Source: an uncultured Clostridia bacterium (GTDB lineage Bacteria; Bacillota; Clostridia; Oscillospirales; CAG-272). Taken from it: a DNA stretch of 64,000 nucleotides. Shown piece after piece: positions 53,768 to 62,210 of the stretch (the first letter of the stretch is position 1; every line of letters starts with the position of its first letter). The notes beneath the pieces are model-generated. The model had not been told where the DNA came from. It made no database searches and saw nothing but the letters and a program-made list of their open reading frames with translations. The DNA is taken from NCBI GenBank assembly GCA_947627815.1, contig CANQXN010000001.1, positions 8,857 to 72,856 on the forward strand. Reading direction: 5' to 3'. Position numbers and translations under genes: made by a program.

Positions 53768-54817
53768 TCAGGTGTGATATGCCACAATGAAACCGCCGAT
53801 GTTGTCGCCGGATACGGTATAGACGGCGCCGGCCGGCAACCGGATCGAGGTCGTGGAAAGGACGGTTTCGGCCGGGCAATAGATCACCGACCATGTCACG
53901 CCGTCGGCGTCTTTAATTTGTAAAGTGCCGTTTGTCATTCGGACGAAATTCGCGTAATGATCCAGATTTTCTATATTTTGATTCTCCATCAATTGTGCAT
54001 GTGGCAACCCGACAAAACGGAAGGTAGCCAGCGCTGTGCTTTCCTGTCCCGAAAGCCCGGTATAAATGAAACCGTATTGCGCGGCATTCTGCCGGAACCA
54101 TTCAAGCGCGGTCATTTCCACGCCGCCCGCTGTTACCTTTTGGGTATGCAGCGGATAAGTGGCTTTGCCGTCGTATATGTTGATCGCGATAGAGTATCCT
54201 GTGACAAAGGGACTTTGCAGGCTGTTGGCGTCCGAAAACACATAGCCGTTTACCAGCTGGATATAGGTTTCGCCGGTCGCTTCGGTAAAAGCGTTCATTA
54301 AGGCTTCTAAATAGGGGAAAGCGTCCTCTTTAATCAGGAGATTGGCGTTTGCCAACTGATAATTCTTTGATTTTTGTCCGTAAAGAACGGTAAGATTATG
54401 AGCGGGTACGCGATTGACCGAAGAAGAAACGGCACGGGAGACCGGCAGACGCAGCGGATTAAAACAGAACGGATGAAATTCATTGATCACGAGAAGTGAG
54501 CCGGAAATGTAGGAATGGGAGTCGAGAGAAACAATCCCATCCTCCGGTACGATTTTCCCCTCCTGAAGAAGCGCTCTCGGCGCTTCGGTGTCCGGCGTAG
54601 GCAGCGTCGCTGCCGGCGTAGATTGTGCCGGCGGCACATAGGGACCGTCCGAAGAAGTTTCCAAAGGCGAAGAAGTCTTGTCCGCGCTTTCTGTCCCGAC
54701 GGTAGAGGATGCGGATGCGTCATCCGAAGAATCCGCCTGCTCCCCGCAAGCCACGGCGCAGGCCAAAAGCAGGGTGAAAGACAGTAAAATGAGCATGATT
54801 TTCACAAAACGCCGCAT
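53768..54817 (-). CDS. Lipoprotein with a degenerate VanY/M15-like domain (predicted catalytically inactive)
   Basis: MRRFVKIMLILLSFTLLLACAVAC gives the signal peptide and lipobox. It aligns by eye to the VanY at 44637-45518 (LLVINEFHPF, WFRQNAAQYGFIY). However, SEHQTGLALD is replaced by SPFVTGYSIA, and EPWHLRYVG by ATFRFVG. Confidence 0.65.
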   Translation of the reverse strand: MRRFVKIMLILLSFTLLLACAVACGEQADSSDDASASSTVGTESADKTSSPLETSSDGPYVPPAQSTPAATLPTPDTEAPRALLQEGKIVPEDGIVSLDSHSYISGSLLVINEFHPFCFNPLRLPVSRAVSSSVNRVPAHNLTVLYGQKSKNYQLANANLLIKEDAFPYLEALMNAFTEATGETYIQLVNGYVFSDANSLQSPFVTGYSIAINIYDGKATYPLHTQKVTAGGVEMTALEWFRQNAAQYGFIYTGLSGQESTALATFRFVGLPHAQLMENQNIENLDHYANFVRMTNGTLQIKDADGVTWSVIYCPAETVLSTTSIRLPAGAVYTVSGDNIGGFIVAYHT

Positions 54818-54858
54818 ACAAAAAACACATCCTTCCCCATGTATCAATATCTTTTTTG

Positions 54859-54887
54859 ATTCTATCACAGCTTCCCTTTTTTGTCAA
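54859..54887 (-). promoter_or_regulatory. Sigma-A type promoter of the degenerate M15-like lipoprotein gene
   Basis: Minus strand: TTGACA (54887-54882), 17-nt spacer, extended -10 TGaTAGAAT ending at 54859. The track ORF start at 54868 lies inside this promoter. Confidence 0.65.
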
Positions 54888-54965
54888 GATACCGTCGGCA
54901 AGTTATTTTGCACTTTTTGTCGAAAGCGCGCCTCCAAACGGAAAACGAGCGGAGATCGAAGGACA

Positions 54966-55005
54966 GAAAAACCGTCGGCCTCTTCTGACACTGCCGACGG
55001 TTTTA
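54966..55005. terminator. Terminator downstream of the ABC transporter operon
   Basis: AAAACCGTCGGC (54968-54979) / GCCGACGGTTTT (54993-55004). Confidence 0.75.
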
Positions 55006-55040
55006 AGATATGAATGAGAGAAAATATTTCGGCGATCCGC

Positions 55041-55622
55041 TTACGCATCCAGTTTCAGAACGCGCTCGCAAAGAGCGGCGGCATCGGAGGGATCATGCGT
55101 AACCAAAAGCAGTGTTTTCCCCCGCGCGTGTTTTTCGACAAATTGGCGGGCGATGATTTTGGTTCCTTCGTCCAGCGCGGAAAAAGGCTCGTCAAGCAAG
55201 AGAATCTCCCGATTCGGCAAAAATGTTCTCGCCAGCGCGACACGCTGCTTCATACCGCCGGAGAGTTCAGGCGGAAAAGAGGCGCCGACCGAAGCAAGCC
55301 CCAATTCATCCAGCAAGGCTTGGGCGTAAGGTTTTGCGCTTTTTAAAGGCTGCGGCGATACGATCGCCACATTGTCAAGAACAGAAAGAGAATCGAAAAG
55401 GCGGGCTTCCTGAAACATGAACGCGATCTGTTCGGGACGGCATCCTGTGATTTCTCCTTTTGTCGGCTTTTCAAGTCCTGCTATCATGCGGAGCAATGTT
55501 GTTTTTCCATAGCCGCTTTTTGCAAAAATGGCCAGGTGTTCGCCGGCAGCGATTTCAAGATTCAGATCGTCGAACACCACATGCGTGCCAAAGGATTTTG
55601 CGCACTGTATCAATCGGATCAT
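55041..55622 (-). CDS. ABC transporter ATP-binding protein (NitT/TauT-type), short form
   Basis: Walker A variant AKSGYGKTT, LSGGMKQRVALAR signature, ILLLDEPFSALD Walker B and VTHD H-loop. Confidence 0.88.
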   Translation of the reverse strand: MIRLIQCAKSFGTHVVFDDLNLEIAAGEHLAIFAKSGYGKTTLLRMIAGLEKPTKGEITGCRPEQIAFMFQEARLFDSLSVLDNVAIVSPQPLKSAKPYAQALLDELGLASVGASFPPELSGGMKQRVALARTFLPNREILLLDEPFSALDEGTKIIARQFVEKHARGKTLLLVTHDPSDAAALCERVLKLDA

Positions 55623-56458
55623 AACGCGCCCTCCTCTTGATGCGACGGCTCTTCCCTGCGCACCGAAGTCGGCTTCTTCCTTCTATGCGAAAGACGGCGG
55701 AAAAGCGCTTCCAAAAGCATACTCAGGAAAACCACCGTTATGGTCCAGGCAAACAGCAGATCGATATCTAAATTGGATTTGGCGTCGGCCAGATGCCTGC
55801 CGATGGTGTTTTTCAGCGAGCAAATCACCTCGGCGGAAATGCCGGCTTTCCAGGCAAGCCCCAGCGAGGAGGTCAGCGCGGCCGAAACATAAGGGCGAAG
55901 CTGAGGCCACCAGAGAACCTTTGCTTTTTTTCCAAAGGAAAAACGGTATACCGCGGCGACTTCCGCAAGTTCGGGGCGAAAGGCGTTATAGCCTTCCGTC
56001 AGATTGTTGAAGAAGAGCGGTGTGACCATCACGGTGACGATGACGATAGAAACCGAAATCAAGGGCAGATCGGCCAATCGGATCAGCACATAGACCAAAA
56101 TGATAAAGGAGGCAACCGGCGTGGAACGAAGGACAAGGATCATCGGCCGGACGACGGCGGCAACCGCTTCCCACCGATGGGCGGCGAGCGACAGCAGCGT
56201 GCCAAAGAGCGCTCCTAAGAGAAACCCTGCCATGATGCTGAGCAGCGACCCGCCCACGGCCTGCCAGAAAAACGCCTGCCCCAGCAGTCTGCCCCAGGCG
56301 ACAACCACGGTATGCGGATAAGGTAAAAACAGCTCGTTTCCGATGGCCAAAGCCAGCAAATACCAGACAGCTGTCCAGAAAAGAAAGGCGAAAAGGCCGT
56401 ACCGGAGCTTTTTGAGACGACCGCCGGAAGCGATTTTATTTGAAATAGTAGAAGCCAT
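55619..56458 (-). CDS. ABC transporter permease (NitT/TauT family)
   Basis: Six hydrophobic helices. 4-nt overlap with the ATPase gene. BPD-type permease layout. Confidence 0.8.
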   Translation of the reverse strand: MASTISNKIASGGRLKKLRYGLFAFLFWTAVWYLLALAIGNELFLPYPHTVVVAWGRLLGQAFFWQAVGGSLLSIMAGFLLGALFGTLLSLAAHRWEAVAAVVRPMILVLRSTPVASFIILVYVLIRLADLPLISVSIVIVTVMVTPLFFNNLTEGYNAFRPELAEVAAVYRFSFGKKAKVLWWPQLRPYVSAALTSSLGLAWKAGISAEVICSLKNTIGRHLADAKSNLDIDLLFAWTITVVFLSMLLEALFRRLSHRRKKPTSVRREEPSHQEEGAL

Positions 56459-57461
56459 CGTCCGGAACTTTGCCGCCTACCGAGGTAGGATCGGCTTCAA
56501 AAAGTACGGTGAGGAAGCCGGAAAGCTGATCTTTCATTTCAGTCCCCTCGATATAAACGATGTGACAACGAGGAATGGCCTGCAAGGCGACCGGCTTTTT
56601 GGGAATGATGCCCGCGTTTACGATCATATCGGACGCCGCATCTTGATTTTGATTGACGAAATCGACAGACGCGCGGTAGTCATCCAAAAATTCCATCAGC
56701 TGTTCGGGATATTGCTCGGCAAACGCCCGGCGCACGACGATACAGCCCTGCATCAAGGAAGAATCGGATACTTTGTTCCATTCTTCGGTCAGATCCATGA
56801 CGATGTGCGCGTCTTGCACCGTTGTCAAGGCGCTGGTCACATTCGGTTCGGGAAGCATAACGACGGTGTCGGGTTTTGACAAAAACGCGGCCACTTCGGC
56901 GTGATCGGAAAATGAAAAATCCAATGTGACATCGTTGTCGGGATCCAAGCCGTTTTCGGAAAGCAGATAACGAAGCACATACTCGGGCGTGGAACCGCCG
57001 CCCGCGCAATAAATCGTCTTGCCCTTCAGGCTGTTCCAATCGGTGACGCTGTTGCCGTTTTCCAAAAGATAAAGCACGCCGAGCGTATTGACGGCGGCGA
57101 TTTTGAGATCGGCTTTGCCGCTGTTATATAAAGCGGCGGCCACATTGGTAGGCAGCGCGGCAATGTCATAATTGCCCATGAGAATCTCGGTTTTGACAAG
57201 ATCCGGCGAGGCAAAGACGCTGACTTTATAGCGGGAATCGGGATTGTTGGTCATGGTGTTGTAAAGCTGCGCCATGCCCATACCGGTGGGGCCTTTGAGG
57301 CCGAGAATCCGGACTTCCGCCGCCGTTTCGGGAGCCGAAGGCGAGTCTGAAGAAGTGGAAGCGGGCGTGGTTTGCGTCTCATCGTCGCCGCAAGATACGA
57401 TCAGCGCGGCGCTGACGGTAAGGCATAGGGTCAAAAGCAGAAAACAGAGGAGTTTTTTCAT
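56436..57461 (-). CDS. ABC transporter substrate-binding lipoprotein (NMT1/SsuA-like)
   Basis: MKKLLCFLLLTLCLTVSAALIVSC gives the lipobox. Periplasmic-binding-protein pattern with GPTGMGMAQL and an operon context of permease and ATPase. Confidence 0.75.
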   Translation of the reverse strand: MKKLLCFLLLTLCLTVSAALIVSCGDDETQTTPASTSSDSPSAPETAAEVRILGLKGPTGMGMAQLYNTMTNNPDSRYKVSVFASPDLVKTEILMGNYDIAALPTNVAAALYNSGKADLKIAAVNTLGVLYLLENGNSVTDWNSLKGKTIYCAGGGSTPEYVLRYLLSENGLDPDNDVTLDFSFSDHAEVAAFLSKPDTVVMLPEPNVTSALTTVQDAHIVMDLTEEWNKVSDSSLMQGCIVVRRAFAEQYPEQLMEFLDDYRASVDFVNQNQDAASDMIVNAGIIPKKPVALQAIPRCHIVYIEGTEMKDQLSGFLTVLFEADPTSVGGKVPDDGFYYFK

Positions 57462-58201
57462 AAGATGTCCTTTCTTGATGGTTTATTTTCAGAATCACTT
57501 TCCCTCTCGGCAGATTCTGTCAAGTGAGAAAGCAATTTTGCGCGATCTGTCACCGTGACGGTTTTACCGCTTCGCTGAATACTGCCGTCCTTCGTCAGTT
57601 CGTCCAGCGCGCGGTAAAGGGTCATTCGGCTGATATTTAAGGTATTGGCCAGCGCCAGCATGGAAAGCTTGCTGCCGTTTTGTTCGGCAAGATAAAGGCT
57701 GAGCTTGGCAAGCGCGTTCGGCGCGGTAAAAGCATCTAATTTCGCATTGAGAAAGCGGATTTTCTGCGAAAGCAAGCGAATGTAGGCCAAGGAGGCTTCG
57801 GGAGAGGCGCTGAGGATTTCGGCCACGGTTTCCTGCGGCACAAAGACGACAAGCGCTTTTCGCGAAACGACCCGAATCTCGCTGGCATACGGCTCGTCTT
57901 CGGCAAAAAGCGCGGCCAGACCGAACAAACTCCCCGGCTGAAACCGGCTGACGGCAACATCGCCGCCCGCGTTGGTTTTCACGGCGACCGCTTTCCCTTC
58001 GAGCAAAAAGGCCAAGGCGCGCTCGAAAGCCTGCGGGGAAAAAATGCATTCCCCGTTTTCATAGCTTCTGACGGAAAACCCTTGGGAAGAAACGATTCTG
58101 TCAAAAAAAAGATCCCGACCTAAAATATCGTTTTCACTAAGCACAGTCCGAAAACGGGACAGCGCCCGAGAAAAATCGGCGCCCTCTTTCCGTTCCTGCA
58201 T
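57458..58201 (-). CDS. Crp/Fnr family transcriptional regulator
   Basis: cNMP-binding beta-roll (FSPQAFERALAFLLEGKAVAV...GSLFGLAALF) and a C-terminal HTH (LANTLNISRMTLYRALDELTKDG). ATGA overlap with the binding-protein gene. Confidence 0.85.
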   Translation of the reverse strand: MQERKEGADFSRALSRFRTVLSENDILGRDLFFDRIVSSQGFSVRSYENGECIFSPQAFERALAFLLEGKAVAVKTNAGGDVAVSRFQPGSLFGLAALFAEDEPYASEIRVVSRKALVVFVPQETVAEILSASPEASLAYIRLLSQKIRFLNAKLDAFTAPNALAKLSLYLAEQNGSKLSMLALANTLNISRMTLYRALDELTKDGSIQRSGKTVTVTDRAKLLSHLTESAERESDSENKPSRKDIL

Positions 58202-58341
58202 CGGCGGCACTTCCTCCTTCTTCCTAAGCGTTTTGAAAAAAGTGAAACATTTTTTACAGTATTATATCACACAAGCCCCGCCTTGTCAAGGGGACACTCT
58301 TCCTTTTTTTCGGCATACACTGAAGACGAGGTGATGAATTT

Positions 58342-59613
58342 ATGATACATACCATTCGTCCCGGCGATACCATCTACTCTATTGCCCGTGAATACGGGGT
58401 ATCGCCGGCTCTATTGCAGGCCAACAATGCGATCACGGCGCCGGAACAGCTTGTCGTGGGACAGACTTTGGTCGTTCTCTTCCCGCAAACCACCTATACC
58501 GTAAAACAGGGAGACACTCTTTTTTCGATTGCCAAAGAATATCAGACGACGGTAAAGAACCTGTACCGAAACAATCCGTCTCTGATGGGGAAAAGCGATA
58601 TTGTGCCGGGCGAGGAGCTTGTCATTTCTTATCGCGAATCTCCGAAACGGGCGATTACCGTAAACGGATATGCGTATCCTTTTATCGCCGACAATGTTTT
58701 AGCCGAAACGCTGCCGAACCTTTCCAATATCACGCCCTTTTCCTATGGCTTTACTTCGATGGGCGACTTGATCCTTCTGGCGGATGACGAACTTGTGGAA
58801 AAAGCCAAAAGCAGCCAGGTAGAGCCGATCATGCTACTTACTTCCCTCAATTCCAACGGCAATTTTGACAATACGCTTTCCGATCTTTTATTAAATGACG
58901 AAGAGCTTCAGGATACGCTGATCGAAGAGATCATCGAAACCATGCGTTTGAAAGGATATCACATTTTAGATGTGGATTTTGAATTTGTTTTTCCCAAGGA
59001 TCGGGTCGCTTATGCCGATTTCATCGCCAAACTGAACGAGCGACTGGAACCTTACGGCTTTGATGTCTGGGTGGCGCTTGCCCCCAAAACCTCGGCGGAT
59101 CAGAAAGGACTTCTCTACGAAGCGCACGATTATGCCCTGCTCGGGCAGGCGGCCGACCGCGTATTGCTCATGACCTATGAATGGGGCTATACTTACGGGC
59201 CGGCGCTGCCCGTGGCGCCACTCAATAAGGTGCGCGAAGTGGTGGAATATGCCGTCAGCGAGATTCCGCCCGAAAAAATTCTGCTGGGTATGCCGAATTA
59301 CGGCTATGATTTTACCCTGCCCTATGTACAAGGGGAATCCAAAGCAACTACATTGTCAAACATGGATGCTGTAAAATTAGCCTATCAAAAGAGAGCGGGC
59401 ATCGAATATGATGAAACCTATCAGTCGCCGTATTTCTTCTATACCGAAAACGGCAAACGCCACGAAGTCTGGTTCGAGGACGCCCGCAGCGTGCAGGCAA
59501 AGCTCGACCTGATGGATGAAAAAGAGCTGGCCGGCGTCAGCTTCTGGACGGTGATGAAGTATTTCCCCGCCGCCAATCTTTTGCTCCGCTCCTATCAATT
59601 GACCGACAACTGA
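58342..59613 (+). CDS. LysM-LysM-GH18 peptidoglycan hydrolase (SleL/YaaH-like spore cortex-lytic/germination protein)
   Basis: Two LysM repeats (HTIRPGDTIYSIAREYGV; YTVKQGDTLFSIAKEYQT). GH18 catalytic motif HILDVDFEF (DxDxE). Confidence 0.85.
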   Translation: MIHTIRPGDTIYSIAREYGVSPALLQANNAITAPEQLVVGQTLVVLFPQTTYTVKQGDTLFSIAKEYQTTVKNLYRNNPSLMGKSDIVPGEELVISYRESPKRAITVNGYAYPFIADNVLAETLPNLSNITPFSYGFTSMGDLILLADDELVEKAKSSQVEPIMLLTSLNSNGNFDNTLSDLLLNDEELQDTLIEEIIETMRLKGYHILDVDFEFVFPKDRVAYADFIAKLNERLEPYGFDVWVALAPKTSADQKGLLYEAHDYALLGQAADRVLLMTYEWGYTYGPALPVAPLNKVREVVEYAVSEIPPEKILLGMPNYGYDFTLPYVQGESKATTLSNMDAVKLAYQKRAGIEYDETYQSPYFFYTENGKRHEVWFEDARSVQAKLDLMDEKELAGVSFWTVMKYFPAANLLLRSYQLTDN

Positions 59614-59624
59614 AAGAAGAAAGA

Positions 59625-59669
59625 AAAAACACCTGCGCGGGAAAAGGCCATCCCTCGCAGGTGTTTTAC
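59625..59669. terminator. Bidirectional terminator between the GH18 gene and metA
   Basis: ACACCTGCG (59630-59638) / CGCAGGTGT (59657-59665), with an A-run upstream and TTTT downstream. Confidence 0.75.
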
Positions 59670-59683
59670 CGGGGTAATTTTTC

Positions 59684-60601
59684 TTATTTGATGGTGCGGA
59701 TGTCATAAGGGGTCGACTGATAGACAAAATAGTTGAGCCAGTTGGTATAAAGGAGATTGGCGTGAGAACGCCAGGTTGACAGGGGCGTTTGCGTGTCGTC
59801 ATCTTTAGGAAAATAGTTTTTCGGCAGCTTGGTGGCAAGGCCGTTTTTTTTGTCACGCTCGTATTCCAATTTCAAGGTGTCGGCGTCGTATTCCGAATGA
59901 CCCATGATAAAAATCTGCCGCCCTCTGTGAGAACTCAGGGCATACAGACCCGCCTCCTCGGAGGAAGCGAGAATTTTCAAACGGGTATTTTCTTCAATGT
60001 CTTCTCTTGAAATGGTGGTATAGCGGGAATGCGGCACCATGAAGACATCGTCGAACCCACGGAACAGCATCGAGTTTTTATATTCCACCCGATGCGGGAA
60101 AATACCGAACATTTTTTCCGGCAGGGGGTGTTTTTTTATGCCGTAATGATAATACAGACCGGCCTGCGCGCCCCAGCAGATGTGGAACACGCTGGTGACA
60201 TGCGTTTTGCTCCACTCCATGATTTCGCAAAGCTCGTCCCAATATTCCACTTCTTCAAAAGGCAGTTGTTCCACCGGCGCGCCGGTAATGATCATGCCGT
60301 CATAATTGTTTTCCCTGACATCGTCAAACACCTTATAAAAGGCGATCATATGATCCTGCGGCGTATGGCGGGATTCGTGCGTGCGGGTATGGATCAGTTC
60401 CATTTCCACTTGAAGCGGCGTATTGCCCAAAAGCCGCGCCAACTGTGTTTCTGTCGTGATTTTGGTCGGCATCAGATTGAGTACCAGAATCTTCAGAGGA
60501 CGGATATCCTGGGTGATCGCGCGCGTTTCGGTAATCGCGAAAATATTTTCATTCAGCAGCGTTTGCGTTGCCGGCAGATCGTTTGGTATTTTGATGGGCA
60601 T
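59684..60601 (-). CDS. metA: Homoserine O-acyltransferase (MetA family)
   Basis: [11 protein letters not shown]...[31 protein letters not shown] (active-site Cys). Confidence 0.92.
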   Translation of the reverse strand: MPIKIPNDLPATQTLLNENIFAITETRAITQDIRPLKILVLNLMPTKITTETQLARLLGNTPLQVEMELIHTRTHESRHTPQDHMIAFYKVFDDVRENNYDGMIITGAPVEQLPFEEVEYWDELCEIMEWSKTHVTSVFHICWGAQAGLYYHYGIKKHPLPEKMFGIFPHRVEYKNSMLFRGFDDVFMVPHSRYTTISREDIEENTRLKILASSEEAGLYALSSHRGRQIFIMGHSEYDADTLKLEYERDKKNGLATKLPKNYFPKDDDTQTPLSTWRSHANLLYTNWLNYFVYQSTPYDIRTIK

Positions 60602-60636
60602 GAGAACGCCTCCTTTGTGTTTGGTTGGGAAAAGGT

Positions 60637-61932
60637 TCAGATTTTGGAAAGCGCCTGTTCTACATCGGCAATAATATCGTCAATGTGTTCAATGCCCACC
60701 GACATCCGGACAAGATCGGCGCCGATGCCGCTTTCTTCAAGCTGTTTGTCGGTGAGCTGGCGATGCGTGGTGGAGGCGGGGTGCAGCACGCAGGTGCGGG
60801 CATCCGCCACATGAACCACAATGGCGGCCAGCCGGCAGGCGTCCATGAACTTCATGGCCGCTTTTCTGCCGCCCTTGACCCCGAAAGCGATGACGCCCGA
60901 GCAGCCACGGGGCAGATATTTTTGCGCCAGCGTATACTGATCGGAGGATGGAAGGCCGGGATAATTGACCCAACCGACCTTCTCTTGTTTTTCCAGAAAT
61001 TCAGCCAGTTTCAAAGCGTTTTCCGAGTGTCTTTCCATGCGCAAAGCGAGCGATTCCAGCCCTTCATTCAGCATAAAAGCGGTGATGGGCTGCTGAATGC
61101 AGCCGAAATCCCGGAGGAGCTGGGTGCGCGCCTTGGTGATATAGGCGGATTTGCCGAACGATTCGGTATAAACAACGCCGTGATACGATTCATCGGGGGT
61201 GGAGAGTTCGGGGTATTTGCCTCCCCTCGTCCAGTCAAAATTGCCGCTGTCAACGATAACGCCCCCCACGACGGAAGCATGGCCGTCCATATATTTGGTC
61301 GTGGAGTGGGTGACAATATCGGCGCCGAATTCAAAAGGACGGCAAAGCACCGGCGTCGGGAAGGTGTTGTCCACGATAAGCGGCACGCCGTGCCTGTGGG
61401 CGATGGCGGCAAAGCGCTCGATATCCAGCACCGCAAGACCGGGGTTGGAAAGCGTTTCGCCGAACACAAGACGCGTATTTTCATCAAAAAGCGCGTCGAT
61501 CTCTTCATCGGTCATGCCGGACAGGACAAACCGGCACTCGATCCCCATGCGCTTCATCGTGACGGAGAAAAGATTTACCGTACCGCCGTAGATAGAGGTC
61601 AGCGAAATAAAATTCTGCCCTGCGGCGGTAATATTGAAAACCGAAAGAAAGCTGGCGGCCTGGCCGGAGGAAACCAGCATGGCGCCGACGCCGCCTTCCA
61701 ACGCGGCAATATGGTTTTCTACATATTCTACCGTGGGATTGGAGATTCTCGTATACATATGTCCTGGCGCTTTCAGGTCAAACAGATCGCCCAAATGCTC
61801 GCTGGAATCGTATTTATAAGTCGTACTCTGATAAATGGGGATCACCCGGGGTTCGCTGTTTTTGGGTTCATAAGTTCCCTGCACACAGACGGTTTCAAGT
61901 TTTTTTCCGGATTCTGTCTTACTCATATACAA
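60637..61932 (-). CDS. metY: O-acetylhomoserine sulfhydrylase (aminocarboxypropyltransferase)
   Basis: [18 protein letters not shown] (PLP-binding Lys) and a VGIE C-terminal motif. Confidence 0.92.
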   Translation of the reverse strand: MYMSKTESGKKLETVCVQGTYEPKNSEPRVIPIYQSTTYKYDSSEHLGDLFDLKAPGHMYTRISNPTVEYVENHIAALEGGVGAMLVSSGQAASFLSVFNITAAGQNFISLTSIYGGTVNLFSVTMKRMGIECRFVLSGMTDEEIDALFDENTRLVFGETLSNPGLAVLDIERFAAIAHRHGVPLIVDNTFPTPVLCRPFEFGADIVTHSTTKYMDGHASVVGGVIVDSGNFDWTRGGKYPELSTPDESYHGVVYTESFGKSAYITKARTQLLRDFGCIQQPITAFMLNEGLESLALRMERHSENALKLAEFLEKQEKVGWVNYPGLPSSDQYTLAQKYLPRGCSGVIAFGVKGGRKAAMKFMDACRLAAIVVHVADARTCVLHPASTTHRQLTDKQLEESGIGADLVRMSVGIEHIDDIIADVEQALSKI

Positions 61933-61977
61933 GCCCTCTTTTCCATTTCGTATTTCAGAACAGGCAGCTAATTGACA

Positions 61978-62017
61978 ATACAGTGTATATTATAGTATCG
62001 GGTTTCAAAAAAGTCAA
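61978..62017 (-). promoter_or_regulatory. Consensus sigma-A promoter of metY-metA, with an 11-nt palindrome at the start site
   Basis: Minus strand: TTGACT (62017-62012), 17-nt spacer, TATAAT (61994-61989). It is immediately followed by ATACAcTGTAT (61988-61978). Confidence 0.65.
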
Positions 62018-62106
62018 TGTTTTTTTCGCCGCTCTCCCGAAACGCCGGCAAAACTGTGGGAATTTGACCGGAAAACGGAAAAAAAGTAAAAAATTACAAT
62101 CCGATC

Positions 62107-62135
62107 TTGCAAAAGACCGCCGTAAGTGGTAAAAT
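62107..62135 (+). promoter_or_regulatory. Sigma-A type promoter of the GT2-GtrA gene
   Basis: TTGCAA (62107-62112), 17-nt spacer, extended -10 TGgTAAAAT (62127-62135). Confidence 0.5.
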
Positions 62136-62210
62136 AAAAAAGACCCGTCCCTGTCAAAGGCAGGTTTGGCGGTTCCCCGATAAAAAGCGCTGAAAAAAAG
62201 AGGATTTATT

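Noticed and set aside
54859-54887. An identical 12-mer, CTGTGATAGAAT, plus TTGACA at 17 nt, is shared by the promoters at 2329-2357 and 54887-54859.
   Set aside because: This is best explained as two near-consensus extended -10 sigma-A promoters. There is no extended similarity outside the core elements, so it is not evidence of a repeat or shared regulator.
60625-61971. A 448-aa ORF on the plus strand, antisense to metY.
   Set aside because: It is a shadow frame of a well-supported PLP enzyme gene. It has no recognisable motif, an odd G/R/H/F-rich composition, and spans the metY promoter.
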